A stretch of 64,000 nt of DNA from Octopus sinensis (GCF_006345805.1 NC_043012.1:34658001-34722000), one strand, 5' to 3'; shown: positions 25,081 to 39,423, counted from the stretch's first letter. Notes: generated from the letters alone by a model not told the origin. Numbers and translations: made by a program.

Positions 25081-25521
25081 TGACTGCTTATTCTGATCAT
25101 TCGTCTTTTGGTTTCCTGCAGCTTTGCTCTCTTTTACAAACCCAGTGAATATATATTTCCTATTTCAAAGAAATTCAAACAATAGATATAAGACCCAAGT
25201 TAAAAAGATTTTCAACAATTCAACTTCTCTGGTTGACATTAAGATGCCCACCGCCAACAGGGGCCTTAACACTCACATTTTAGAGCTCCATGACCTTCAT
25301 TTTTCAGGAGCAAAATATTTTAATAGGTTCAATAAGACTGGAATTTTGGAATATGCGCATAAAAATCAGTAGTATGGGATAAATGTGGCACGATTACAAT
25401 TTTTGAGGGGTGAGTAAAGAGGGAAGTAACACTCATCTGCAATTTTGATGAAATTCGAAACATAGATATTTCAGTTCATTACAGAAAATATAACAGAAAA
25501 GTCTAATTCTTCAATTGAATG

Positions 25522-25551
25522 TAACCGGGCAACGTCGGGTATCTCTGCTAG
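25522..25551 (+). mobile_element. Helitron 3' terminus
   Basis: accgggcaacgtcgggt hairpin followed by ctgCTAG|T. Confidence 0.75.
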
Positions 25552-25557
25552 TATATA

Positions 25558-25600
<43 letters not shown>

Positions 25601-25609
25601 TATATCTAT

Positions 25610-25696
<87 letters not shown>

Positions 25697-26109
25697 TTAA
25701 TATGCATATATGTGTATAATAAGTATAGATACCTACCTACATATACATAAAGTCATAAATAGATGTGTGTATGCATGTATAGACAAATTAATAGATTGAT
25801 TATATTGATTTAGATATTTATTGTACTAGTATAGCGACTTCATCAGATCATCTGAGGCTGCATGTAGCAACTGAGACAAGGACATAGTGGACAGACCAAT
25901 TTTTAACGTAAACATAGAAAAACTCTTGAATTTCATTTTATTCCATGAGATGTCAAAACCTTTTTACACCACTAGTGAGCAGGCTTCGATACAGTTTCCC
26001 GATAGTGGAACAATGAAATGATTCTTTCACAATGTAATTGCTACATGCATACGTATATAAATACATACATGCAAACCTGCATGCATGCATACATACATAA
26101 ATGTATGCG

Positions 26110-26168
<59 letters not shown>

Positions 26169-26368
26169 GTATGTATGTATGTATGTATAATAAGTTCTGC
26201 AAAATTTAGATTCAGAAATACCAGAATTTTGTATGGTATTATCCATATAAATAAAATGGGGTGATTATAATCAAAATAAGCAACAAGGATATCCAAGGAT
26301 ATCCAAAATGAAGTAGCATGAAACGATTGTACTACACTACCTTGGATATCCTTCTTGCTTATTTTGAT

Positions 26369-26409
<41 letters not shown>

Positions 26410-27172
26410 TCACATATATGTATACATATAAAGTATATAGACAGACACACACAGAGTTCTTTTTGCATCGAAAACAAGGATTAGTAGGAGAAAAGATGTT
26501 TTCTGCCGTTTCCCCTTCAGTGCGGCCATGCCAATTGAGTGAATTGACGACTGAACCATTGTGTAACAAAATGTTTTTATTGATTTTCATTAAAAAACAA
26601 CTATAAACCAGCATTCACTTCCGCTGTGCTTTTTTGTTGTTGCTAATTTTATTAAGTAAATGGTCCCGACAAAAAATATTCAAAATGGGTCAGGGCGCAG
26701 ACGATATAATTGATGTATAATCGCCTCCATACGGTTTAATGTGTATAGTAGTGAAACTGGCTCTAAGCAGATTTTCCTTATTATGTTCTTACTTTATGGT
26801 ATAACTCTGCTATAACTTCCAAAGAATATCGAATTGCAGTTATTGACTTACATATTACTGTAGTCAAATCACAGTTCATGCTAAGGAATCTAGGCCAAAA
26901 CTAAAACGGAAGTGATAATAAAGAAAATAATGAGTCGACATTAATACAGGTGGCGAGTGCTATAGAGAAAAGAGAAAAGATGGTTTTGCTCTGAAACAAA
27001 AAAATAAAGTACCAAATAGTTCCCATACTAACGCCACTAATGTTATTGAAGGAAAATAAAACATGGACGTGACAACTTCCATTCTTTTCTATACGATCTG
27101 GAATCTCTGGGTTTCGTAGAATAGAAAGAAATGTTACCCAATAAAGTGTTATTTTTATTTTATTTGTATCAG

Positions 27173-27453
27173 CATTAATTTTGTCCATGACCAAAACAGA
27201 CGACAGCCAAGCACGCGGTAAGTTGTAGAGTTTGGCATAATACGTTGTTGCAGACAGCTGATGCATTACTAAAATGAAACCTTTCGTGGGGACTGGAAGT
27301 GAAGTTCCATTTTTCAGTGACTTGATAGCTCAGCATTCATTCCAAGCAAACTTCTTTACTTGGAAACCAGAGTTGAATATCGGTTCCTGTGGATGTTTGG
27401 GATTCGGAAAGGTTTGGGTTTTATTGAGTATAATTCTTCTAAGGGGAAAGTGA
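27173..27453 (+). other. Candidate two-exon 3' end of an unidentified gene (27173-27217 and 27318-27453)
   Basis: tttgtatcAG|45 nt|GTAAGT and tttttcAG|; phase-compatible join reads INFVHDQNRRQPSTRDLIAQ...KVWVLLSIILLRGK*. Confidence 0.3.
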
Positions 27454-27944
27454 CGTCGATAATATAGGCCTGAAGTTACATTCCTGGGAATGACTGGCAA
27501 AACATTGAACGTATGGTAAAATGTAGAAGAATGTACGGAGCTTTAGAACGCATCTTGGTCAAAAGAACCGACATTAATTTACAAAATGCAAGAATCGTAA
27601 TTGACATTCGGGCTGAATGCGGCCCTTTATTACAATTTCTGGCACGCACAATGTCATGATTTTATAAACAATAACTTTTTAGTTAATCTTTGAGACATAA
27701 GCTTTAGGTTTGAAATTGTTAATTAATAATCTCCATTAGACCACGCCCTAACATCTTAAGAAATAGATGAGCACTTTGGATAATGTAATCATGCATGCAC
27801 TAAGCCTGAAGCACACACACACACAAACACATGCACACATCTGCGCGCGCACACACATACATACACGCATAAAAATAGAACCGTATAGATCTTTTTGTCC
27901 CTTTCACCTGCAATCCTAAAGTGGAGGAAATAAAATCTCACCTT

Positions 27945-29276
27945 CTTCCAGTGTTGCATCTTCTGGTATTGCAGCTACTCTCCTCAATGGGGGGGTGGGG
28001 AGGTTCTCATTCTATGTTCAAGCTCCCTCTAAACGTTGCAATGAAAGAATTTCATTTTCAAAAACTCTGCAATGGTAACAGTTCTCCAACAAACTTGCCT
28101 CATTAATGTCACATTGTGGAGCTCTAGATGTACTTGACCGTATCCTCCAAGACATAAAAACCAATAGCATACTCATGGGAGGAGTAACAGTTTTTCTTGC
28201 AGAAGATTTTCGTCAAACGTTGCCAGTTATCTCCAAAGGATCAAATGCTGATGAGGACAGTGCAGGCTTTAAAAAATCGTACCTTAGGAGACAGGTGAAA
28301 AAATTTCATCTTGCAAGCAACATGAGAGTACTTCTACAAGGTGGTCATACGAGCTTCTTAAGATTGGTAATGCGATATTAACATTCAACTCAAGACTTCA
28401 GCTACATGAAATTACATACGGTCAAACGATACTTTCTCTTAGGAATCTTATGGATAAAGAATTTCCTAATTTATCTGCCAATTACACTGGTGTAAACTGG
28501 TTATGTGAACGAGTTATACTGGCTCCGACTAATGAAATGGTTGATAAACTCAATCTTGAACTTCTTCAAAGGTTAACAGATACATCAGGAATGACATTTC
28601 GATCAATTGACAATAGTCGATCAGGATCAGGTTGTTCAATACCCTGTTGAATTTCTGAACACACTTAAACCCACTGGGATGCCACCGCATAACTTGACAC
28701 TAAAACTGGGAGCTTTCATTATGTTGCTTGGGAATCTTGACCCATCTCACCTGTGAAATGGGACATAATTGTTACATAATTGTTACTTCCATGAAGCCCC
28801 ATGTCCTAGAGGCAACGGTCATAACAAGGTAGTCACAAAGGAGAAAATGTTTTTATTCCAAAAATTCCTCTCATACTTACAGATGTTCCATTTGAATTTA
28901 AGACTCTTCAGTTTCCAGTCAAACTAAGTTTTGACATTTAAATTAATAAATCTCAGGATCAATCCTTCAATGTAGTTGAACTTGATCTCTTTACAACAGG
29001 CTTCTCCCGCGGCCAACTGTAAACGTTGGTTGCTTACGAGTTGAAGCAGCAATAATTTATTCATTTCGATACCAATAAAAATTGCTCATTGAATATTGTT
29101 TACTCTGAGATGTTTCAACATTGACATATTTTCAGTTCGAAATTCGATTATCGTTACAATATGGATATTTTAAAATAAAATATAGATATATGATAATATG
29201 AGAATATTATCTTATACTGTTTACTAATCTGAATAAGAACAGCAGTAACCCGGGCAACACCGGGTCATGCAGCTAG
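27945..29276 (+). mobile_element. Helitron remnant: decayed Pif1-like helicase plus 3' end
   Basis: ASSGIAATLL, GGVTVFLAEDFRQTLPV, ILAPTN, GMPPHNLTLK, QFPVKLSF..INKSQ; acccgggcaacaccgggt hairpin plus CTAG|T at 29273-29276. Confidence 0.9.
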
Positions 29277-29723
29277 TTAACAATAAAAAAAGGAATTTGA
29301 GGTGTACATTTAATCCTGTTGGTAGATTTCATTGCGAAAGCAAATTTTACTGATGATTTTTCGTTAAAGTGTTTCTGATATACTGTTCTAAAGCATCTTT
29401 AATGCAAACTTCATAAGGGAAGCACATAAATAGTACTCTTACACACATTCAATCATAGAGGCTGAATTATGTAGAGTTTTTAAAGTGCACAGCACTTTGT
29501 GAACCAAATATATACTAAACCGTCTGACTGAGAGAGACTGACAAGTCGGCGTACAAACGCGTGTATGCGGTTATGTAATTTTATTAAATGTTCCCTCACA
29601 ATTATAATGACTAACATGCATGAAGCACATAGACACACACACGTACACACACACACACACACACACATATACATACATTATATATACACATAGATACATA
29701 CATTCATATATATTTAAATATTA

Positions 29724-29770
<47 letters not shown>

Positions 29771-30166
29771 AATTGAGATAGGGGTTGTAAATGCAATCCT
29801 TCATGGCATAACATATATCCAATATACTGCTAGTGAAGTACCCAACAAAGTTAATACATAAATGTTAAGAATTGCGATGCAATTAATTCATTTACTGTAT
29901 TATATGGGCAAAGGTAAAGTGATTTACCACAAATTCATAATACAAAATAAGAAAATGGAGAAATACATCCAAATCAAATATCAATTACCAGATAATACCC
30001 AATCACATAATTTATTAAACCACCACATAAGAAACTTTAAAGTTAAACATAATAATATAGAACAAAACAGTGTACATAAAGGAGTGTACATAAAGGAGTA
30101 ATGTTATACAATAAGTACAATATGTATAAGAGAATATAAATATAAATAAATATAAATATAAACTAC

Positions 30167-30293
30167 ATCTTACAGCTGTTTCGGCCATGCAGATAAGTAT
30201 GTCTCATTATACTTATATTAGCCATGTGTGGTAGGTCAATATATAGTTATAAATGAGACATTTACAAAAATATCCTAAGGCCTCTTCGGAGAT
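30167..30293 (-). ncRNA. Hammerhead-like motif with CCGAAGA core and 92-nt loop II
   Basis: atct-CCGAAGA-ggcc...ggcc-GAAA-cagctg-TA-agat. Confidence 0.55.
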
Positions 30294-30650
30294 TATGAAA
30301 TACAAACCAAATTACATATACACTTATATAAGTGTGGGTGCATACCCATAATAAATCATATACATATACATATGAGTGCATATACTCATACTCCTATACA
30401 TATACATATACATGATAATATAAATAATATAAATCAATAAACATACATATGTTCCACATTCAATGTTACAGTTTATCAACTTAATATTGTGATAATTACA
30501 ATGTAGAAAAACATACACATATTAATACCCAAATGCAGATATACAGAGTCAAGAGTACATTATATTAATTTATATTAATTTATAAAATGTCATTAATGTT
30601 AACATCATTACCATTATATATATCATACACACACGCACACACACACACAC

Positions 30651-30736
<86 letters not shown>

Positions 30737-30744
30737 GGGAGGGA

Positions 30745-30814
<70 letters not shown>

Positions 30815-30818
<4 letters not shown>

Positions 30819-31122
30819 CGGAATTTGAAATGAGATAATTCGAGAACGGAGCGAAGGGAATGGTGTGATCGCAGAACACCGCAAGCCTAAAATCCGCTGG
30901 GCAGGACATGTTGCAAAGTTCACAAAGAACAGTCAAACCAGCGCAGATGCCGAGTGGCATCCGAGATATGAGAAGTGCCATTTGGAAGGTCTCCACAACG
31001 ATGGGAAGACGATTTAGTTGAGCGATTTGGGTCAAGAAGCAAAAGTATGGCGCAACAAAAACAGAATTAGAAGCGATTTGCGACCAGCGGATCTGATGGT
31101 CTGGTCGATACTACGATACTGT
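30815..31122 (+). pseudogene. RTE-clade LINE 3' fragment
   Basis: NEIIRERS...KIRWAGHVAK...EWHPR...GRSPQRWEDDL. Confidence 0.8.
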
Positions 31123-31123
31123 G

Positions 31124-31156
<33 letters not shown>

Positions 31157-31939
31157 GCTATCAGTATTTATGCATATACCTTGTAAACCTATATCTATGT
31201 ACAGACATATGAATAACACTGGTCAACACGATTTTTGGTGCCAAGAAACAAAACACATTTTTTAGCTAATTCGATGGTGCTGATTCCGAAAATTACCTTA
31301 GTTTTTCATGGTTAGCTACCGTTTTTGCTATACTGTAATTGCTCATTTACGATCTTGGCTGATCGCAAAATTTAGTTTAAAAAGGTAGTAGAAACTCATG
31401 AGCAGTTTATGTCAGCCACCTGAAATAAACTATTTTTATAAGGAAAAAAGTCCAATTTATTGTCAAAATTCAAATTAACCGATAAACCTTATCAGCAATA
31501 CACTTTAGAAAACCTGATAATTAAGGTGACATAAAAAAAAAATGAAACCCTAAAATCTGTTTGATATTCATAAATTTATCCCATCACTTTTATCCCTTGA
31601 ATACGGAAGGAAACCAAGCACATTAAGAGCTTTTGTTTTCACAGTTGGAAAAAAAACTCCAACTAAAGACATCCCAATTGAATGCACCTATTCCATTGTA
31701 CATGATGAATATCATGAAAATGGTTTCACCATAACATCTGCTCTCCAGGCGGGATTACGAAGATACGAAGTAGAAGAAGCGTAACGACTCTTTCCGTCTT
31801 TAGTTATTGACAGTTTTACGAGTCTTTCCGAGGGACATTAGGAAAGATCAAATTACCGAAGTGTGAACACGCAAAGTATAATGTAAATGCTCAACCAACT
31901 CATGTTCTTTTTTAATCAAAGAGATAGATATTAAATGAC

Positions 31940-33624
31940 ATGGCTTCAACGAGTGGATATAAAAATGATCCCAATTTATTTTGCTATACATGCGGCGAGT
32001 TCACACCGAAATCCAACAGGAAACCGATATCTGACTTTTACAAGAAAGCCTATCGTGCTAACTTTCACGTCGAGCTTGGTGATCAGGACAAAAGGGACAA
32101 ATCATGGGCCCTTCACATTGTTTGCAAGACATGTTTGGAACACATGAGACAGGGGACTTCAGGTACCCGAAGATCGCTGAGATTTGCTATTCCTATGATC
32201 GTTAAAGTGTTTCTGTTATACTGTTCTAAAGAATCTGACGAATGCTACTTCTGCTCAGTCAATGTTGCGGGACTGAACCAAAAGAAATGCCGATCTATCG
32301 ACTATCCCAGTCTTCATTCGGCTATTCGACTGGTGCCGCGTTGAGATGATTTGCCAATCCCAGTTTTTCACGAAAATTTGTTGAAACTTATTGAAAGTGA
32401 CGAGTCTGATACTGATGTAAAGGAGAGACACGGTGAAAACGATCCTGACTATGTTCCTGAGACCGTGCCAGAGCCGTTGAACTAAAATGAGCTGAATGAT
32501 TTGGTTCGTGACTTAAATCTAAGCAAAGAATCAGCAGAACTTTTGGCCTCTAGGCTCAACGAAAAACATCTGTTAGCAAAAGGCATATATGGTAACATTC
32601 TATGAAAATAGGGATGCTGAATTTGTACCATTCTTTAATGACAAAACGGATCTTGTTCGTTGCAATGACGTTGAGAGCGTTCTTCTTCGCTTCGGCGTCC
32701 ACAAATACAATCCTTTGATAGTTCAAGGCGTAGTTTGAAATGTGTTTTGCTCCATAATACCAATATATGTGTGCCAATGCTTACGGATCATTGAATAACA
32801 CTGAAAGAAAAACATGATGCCATCAAACAGATTATGGAACAGATTGACTACACCAAACATAAATGGGTGCTATGTGTCGATTTGAAAATGGTAAATTTCC
32901 TGCTTGGTCAACAAAGTGGCTACCAAAAATCCCCATGTCTATTGTGTATGTGGGACAGTAGAGTAAAAGCGGAACACTTGAAAAAGAAAGATTGGCCACC
33001 CCGAGAGTTGAAGGTCAGTGGAAAGAAAGTTATTAGTGCAGCGCTAGTTCCGAAAGAAAAAAAATCATCTTTCCTCCCTTGCATATCAAATTGGGATTAA
33101 TGGAACAGTATGTAAAATCACTCGAAAAAGAAAGTCAATGGTTTGAGTATATATGTAAATCGTTTCCAGGACTTAGCACCGAAAAACTCAAAGCAGGGGT
33201 GTTTGATGGTCCTGATATCAGGACACTCCTGAGGGATGATGACTTTGTTAATTCAATGATTGACTTGGAATTACGCGCTTGGACATCGTTTGTTGACGTA
33301 GTGAAAAACTTCTTAGGCAATCGCCGGGTCGAAAACTACAAGGAGTTAGTGGAAAAGCCGTTGAAAAGCCTACAGGACATAGGCGCTAATATGAGTATTA
33401 AGGTTCATTTTTTACATAGCCATCGAGATGAATTTCCGGATAATTGCAGCGATGTGATTGATGAGCAAGGAGAACGATTCCATCAGGATATCAAAACAAT
33501 GGAAGAGTGCTACCTGGGACAGTGAGTCAAACGAATGCTGGCTGACTACTGCTGGAGTATCAAAACGGACTTAAATAACATTGAACATAACAGGCGATCA
33601 AGAAAGAGAACATTTTTACCATAG
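31940..33624 (+). pseudogene. Decayed Chapaev3-like transposase
   Basis: FCYTCGEF, GDQDK..WALHIVC, CYFC, CVDLKMV, HIKLGLM, KVHFLHSH, DEQGERFHQDI, MLADYCW; several stops and frameshifts. Confidence 0.8.
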
Positions 33625-33702
33625 TTCTTCTGTTCACGAAGGTTTTATTTCTGATGTTAGTTTATTTAATGATTTGATGAAAATACTTGTTGGTATTGGT
33701 AT

Positions 33703-34115
33703 ACTCTTTACTCTTACTCTTTTACTTGTTTCAGTCATTTGACTGTGGCCATGCTGGAGCACCGTCTTTAGCCGAGCAAATCGACCCCAGGACTTTGTAA
33801 GCCTAGTACTTATTCTATCAGTCTATTTTGCCGAACCGCTAAGTGACGGGGACGTAAACATACCAGCATCGGTTGTCAAGCGATGTTGGTGGTGATGGTG
33901 GGCAAACAAAAACATACACACACACATACACATGTATATATATACATATATACGACAAGCTTCTTTCAGTTTCCGTCTACCAAATCCACTCACAAGGCTT
34001 TGGTCGGCCCGAGGTTATAGTAGAAGACATTTGCCCAAGGTGCCACGCAGTGGAACTGAACCCGGAACCATGTGGTTTGTAAGCAGGTTACTTACCACAC
34101 AGCCACTCCTACGCC
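33703..34115 (-). mobile_element. SINE family A, full length, nested in the Chapaev element
   Basis: Reverse complement of 17711-18108. Confidence 0.9.
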
Positions 34116-34487
34116 TATTCAATCGTTTTTTTTTTTAAAAAGACTTAGGGTCTGATCGCTATTGCAAAAATAGTATTTCTCAATAAGCAGACCAATATCT
34201 GTTGGTTTCAATACGAATTGAGAGGTTTCTACGATTTTACTTTGAGAGATATTGCCATCGATCAATATCAAATATACAGAAAACAAATGAAGAAAATTCC
34301 TTTTTTTTCCCCAAAAGGAGGCATTTCTGGACAGCAAAAACGGTAGCTAACCAAGAAAAGGTCATTTTCAGATTCAGTGCCCTGAAATTAGCTAAATAAA
34401 AAAATATGTTTGGTGTCTCGACACCACTTTAATTTTTTTTTCTTGACCAGTGTCATCTCTCTGTTTCTCTTTCTCTATGAAGGCAAA

Positions 34488-34742
34488 GGTAAGGTAAAGC
34501 TTTCTGGAGTCATGCCGACGCATAAGGGCCGGTTTCTCTGTTTCCATGGTGTATATTTTCTCCACCTGGACGGGATGTCGGTCCGGCACAAGATTACTCA
34601 ATTTTGCCAGTTGAGTGGACTAGAGTAACGTGAAATGAAGAGTTTTGCTCAAGAACACATTGGCATCGCCCGGTCTAGGAATCGAAACCACAATCTTACG
34701 ATCATGAGTCAAGCACCTTAACCACTAAGCCAGGCACCTCCA
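34488..34742 (-). mobile_element. SINE family D (tRNA head, V/Meta-like central motif)
   Basis: Minus strand tggcttagtggttaagg A box, ggtttcgattcct B box, gtgttcttgagcaaaac motif; second copy at 38108-38347. Confidence 0.75.
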
Positions 34743-35109
34743 CATAGAGGTATATATGTATGTGCGTTTTATTTTTCATCGAATTAGTGACAAATTTGAA
34801 AATAAGGATCTCACATGTAAATGAAACTATAAAAAGGGGATCATATAATATGTCGGTGAATCATAAATATGTTCAGTCAAGGTTCACCTGGGGCTAAACA
34901 ACACTACGCCACCGCGCCACATCACTACAACATCATCATATCTGACCCCACTCAACCATATCACCTCATCTTCACACCTTCATGCAATCACGCCAAAAAG
35001 TTACCCCATCCCCCTATCATACCTCACCACACCAAACAGACACACCTCCACGACACTACGCCGCTGTGCAACCGTAACACCACAACGTTACAACTTCGCA
35101 ACCTCACTC

Positions 35110-35415
35110 CGCCATCACCACCTCCACCACCTCCACCACCACCTCCACCACCACCTCCACCACCACCACCATCACCACTACCACCACCACCACCACCACC
35201 ACCACCACCACCACCACCATCATCACCACTACCACCACCACCACCACCACCATCACCACCACCACCACCACCAGCATAACCACCACCACACCCCACCACC
35301 ACCACCACCTCCACCATCACATCACCACCTCCACCACCTCCACCACCACCACCACCACCACCACCACCACCACCACCACCATAACCACCACCACCACCAC
35401 CACCACCACCACCAA
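35110..35415. repeat. (CCA)n microsatellite
   Basis: About 300 bp of interrupted cca repeats; source of the poly-P, poly-G and poly-V ORFs. Confidence 0.95.
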
Positions 35416-35880
35416 ACAACAACAACAACAGTATCAGAAACAACAACTCCACCGCTGCTGCCACAATCATCGCCATCACGGCTGCCACCGCCACCGCCAG
35501 ACCACTGCCGCCGCCACCTTCACCACCACCTCTCCTTATCTCATATTGCAGAAAGATTGAGAATTCCAGATCTTCCAAGCTTCATTTCAAATGCGACATC
35601 TCAATGGCGTCTGAGAAAAAAGAAACAAAAAAAAAAATAGGAAGAATACCACAAGTGTTTCTGCATCGAAAGATTGTGTTTGTGAAAGAGAGAAAGAAAG
35701 AGTGTGCATATGTATACGCTTGCGTATGTGGCGTGGTGTGTGACAAACTTTGTATTAAAGTGTGAAACGATATATATTTGAAAACAATTTTTTAAAAATA
35801 TATATGATACATATTAAATGTGTCCGTATGTTTTTGTGGGCATATATATATATATGTATATATGCGTGAGAGAGGAGAGA

Positions 35881-35919
<39 letters not shown>

Positions 35920-35951
35920 TGTGTGTATATATATATATACATATACATATG

Positions 35952-35982
<31 letters not shown>

Positions 35983-36220
35983 TATATCCATACGTACACA
36001 TACACTCATATATATATGTATGTATATATATATATCAGTGATTCCTCCCCCTTGAGCCAAATTTCTCTCCTTCCCCCTCACTTTTATATCTTAGCAATCC
36101 TTTTTTCTATTTTCTATTGAAACGAAAACAACCACAGATGGCAGCAGCGGCGGTCACCAGTCAAATTTCACACGTATATATATATATATATATAGGTATG
36201 TGTGTGTGTGTGTGTATGTG

Positions 36221-36253
<33 letters not shown>

Positions 36254-36744
36254 TAATGTATATATACATATTGTACACACACACACATACACACACACAC
36301 GCACACACACACACACACACACAGATACGCACACACACCACACATATACACAGATATATATTCGTGTGTGTGTGTGTGTGTATGGCATGTGTAAGATGGA
36401 AGAGTTGGAATTGTGATGTGAAACCAAGAGACACCAGCTATGCAAAGTATAACAACTGTTGACAGGGTTATCCTTGGTTCTGGCGTAGAAATACTTACAT
36501 TGACTCCCAACTCCCAGATGTCAGTAAATAAATCACCCACATACCAATACAATATAATAGACCTTTGCTCTCTATACGCTACCGTTTACCAGTTGATTTA
36601 TGGTTTATGATTTATATATATATAAAATCATAAACCATATATATATATATATATAATATATATATTGATCGCCATGTTGAATCGCTAGCTTCTGCGCGCA
36701 TTTTTTTTCTCTCCTTGTTTCTCTCCGTGTTTCTTTTCTGTGTA

Positions 36745-36780
36745 TCTTCTGTTGAAGAGCGTAGGCTCGAAACGTAAAAG
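36745..36780 (+). ncRNA. Hammerhead-like motif (CTGTTGA core)
   Basis: tctt-CTGTTGA-a-gagc/gctc-GAAA-cgta-aaag. Confidence 0.5.
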
Positions 36781-36914
36781 ACTTGTTTTATCACCTGCCT
36801 TCGTCTTTTGTTTATTTTCATAAAGCTTCCCGTTATTATATATAATATATATATATATATATTATATAATATATATATATATATATATAATATGACAGTT
36901 AGTTGACTGTCATA

Positions 36915-36971
36915 ATAAAACTCAGAGTTTCGGATGCTGGGCTGAAGTCTGCTCCGGCATCTCATCAGTTG
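36915..36971 (-). ncRNA. Hammerhead-like motif with canonical core
   Basis: acaa-CTGATGA-gatgccgg...ccagcatcc-GAAA-ctc-t-gag-TT-ttat. Confidence 0.55.
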
Positions 36972-37141
36972 TTCAGATAAACGTTTATCTTAAGTTTCAT
37001 TATGACAACCAACTAATTGTCACATATTATATTTATAATTCCTCTATTTTACATTATATCGAGGTCTCAGTCATTCTTTTGTTGTCATATTATTATTGTT
37101 AACACACACACACATATATATGTATGCATGTATATGTATAT

Positions 37142-37211
<70 letters not shown>

Positions 37212-37314
37212 TATATAGTTAATCCAAACAAGAAAACACAGAAAAAAACACAGCAACGCGTGGACGTGGAACAATTAAAGTATTATTTGACGCTCAGGAA
37301 AGAAAGGAAGGAGG

Positions 37315-37349
37315 GTTTAACGTTTCGAGCGGAGCTCTTCGTCGGAAAC
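37315..37349 (-). ncRNA. Hammerhead-like motif, CCGACGA core (second copy of the 7232 family)
   Basis: gttt-CCGACGA-a-gag/ctc-GAAA-cgtt-aaac. Confidence 0.6.
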
Positions 37350-37428
37350 AAAGGAGAAGGAAAGATCCCAGAAGGGAAGACAGAGGAAAAAATATTTTTG
37401 CTGGTGGTACTCAAGAGATCACACCCAC

Positions 37429-37513
<85 letters not shown>

Positions 37514-37689
37514 TTAAAAAATTTTATATATTACATATAGCTTCGAATTTAAGCATGAGTCTCCTGACCTGGAAATGTTGGTAAAGAGTGTTAGAGGGAG
37601 AAGCTAAGGAAGAGTTGGGTGGGAGAAGAAACAGAGCATAGATATCGGTTATCCTGGCTGAAAAGGTGGGTCGTTCAAAATTGAATAGT

Positions 37690-38759
37690 GCTTAAAATTT
37701 CGCAATCTAAACAGCTTCGCGTGTAGGCAAGAAGAAAATATTTCCTGATGTTCAAAATGTTTTCTCTGGAGACTAATATATCTATGATACAGAGGTTGTA
37801 TTTGCTGTTCCATCCTTTATACTCGCCGGCCTTGGCTATAATACACCAGTTTATTTAGGAGGTGGTTTCCACACACCTATCTTTTAGCGTTACATTTCAA
37901 ACAAAATATAATGTTCTTTTATTCTTATCTCTGAAAGAAGTCAAGATCTGTGTCTACGTTTTGTGGAGATGTTTTCTACCAGTTTGATATGAGTTTAAAA
38001 ACTGTCTATATCTGCGGTATGGAGCCTGTAGATCAGTTCTTTTCCTGGGCAAATTTTATTCAAAGGGCAGTTTGGGGGGAGATCTGAGTTATATTATAAA
38101 TAAATGCACCCTTTTTAAAGCCTAGGCAGGCTCATGGGCCCGGTTTCCCGATTTCAATGGCGTATGTGTTCTCCAGCTGGATGAGACTCCAGTCCATCGC
38201 AGCGTTACTCATTTTTGCCAGCTGAGTGAACTGGAGCAACGTGAAATAAAGTGTTTTGCTCAAGAATACAACGCGTCACCCGGTCCAGGAATCGAAACCA
38301 CAATCTTACGATCATGATGCTGACACCCTAACCACTAGGCCACGCGTCTGTTGTGGGACGTACCAAATGTTATTCAACATATTCTATGGTTCCAAGATAC
38401 ATTGAATAATGTAGATCTTGACACGCAACTTTTGATGTACGTATGGGATAAAACAGTCCGTGGCGCAATATCCGGAGCACCCATTGTATAATGTATTCCT
38501 AAATGCATTATGTATCGAGGATCACAAAACATAAACCCGGCCTTGGGTATACTAGGCTTGAAAAAAGAAATTCGAAAAACTATAGATAGAAAGATTACGG
38601 CTGGAGAGTATTTTACAATCGTTTGACTTAAAACACTTTTTATTTGTTTGGTGCATAAAAGAGTATATGCCCATATCTCGTATGTGTCTATATCTTTGCT
38701 GGCCCTTTGACACCGCTGATATATGTTCAATGATTCCTTCAAACAGTTGCATGTCGGCT

Positions 38760-38802
<43 letters not shown>

Positions 38803-39420
38803 GCGTGTAAAAGAGGTGAGATTGGGTGTATAGGTTGATGTAGGGGTTGAGAAAGGGGGTAGATACAATGTGGGTAACGAATGAGATAAGAGGAGCGAGC
38901 TGGTCATGCTTGGGTGAATGTGGCGCGACATCATTTGGCTCTTAGGACAACAGACCATTGTAGAAAAGATAAAGAGAGGGGAGACAATACATGGCTGTCG
39001 ATGAATGAGGTCGTAAAAACAACAACAGCCTATTACTCTGTTGGTAGACTTCTGCAACTCCTGTTTATAATATACATGTCGTCATGTAGCAATATGAATC
39101 CGTTTCCGGTTCTATCCACAGTTCCCGAGTGAACCGCAATATAAATGAATGTCTACCCAAAAACATTGTACTGCTTTTACCTTGCCTAAGATATTAAACA
39201 TTGAGAAAACACCAATTTTTTTTCTGCAACGAGTCCTTGGTTGCAACTGTTGGGAAGTGAGTCATTGGCAATTAACTGAATGGCTTCTGAGTGGGCGACA
39301 CCGACGGGGATGTTTGTGTGGGTGACAACAGCGCCAGACCCGATTTGTGCGACGCTCCAATATGGGTCACACGTGAGTTTTCTCGAGGACTATCAAATGT
39401 TTTAGGCTAAGGTATTATGT
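37690..39420 (-). pseudogene. Highly decayed Penelope-like RT plus GIY-YIG ORF
   Basis: In order on the minus strand: GFILLHDDMYI (RT DD motif), FCDPRY, NMLNNI, NCPLNKIC..ELIY, TSFRDKNK, IIAKAGEY....YNLC; interrupted by SINE D and (CA)n. Confidence 0.5.
38108..38347 (-). mobile_element. SINE family D
   Basis: Homologous to 34488-34742. Confidence 0.75.
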
Positions 39421-39423
39421 TTC

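Larger units (their letters stand above)
31217..34452 (+). mobile_element. Chapaev3-like (CMC group) DNA transposon, both ends present
   Basis: CACtggtcaa ... ttgaccaGTG termini with longer subterminal inverted similarity; flanks taa/tca (degenerate 3-bp TSD). Confidence 0.75.

Noticed and set aside
34869-35578. Pro-rich or Gly-rich protein genes
   Set aside because: Produced by a (CCA)n tract; no splice or domain support.
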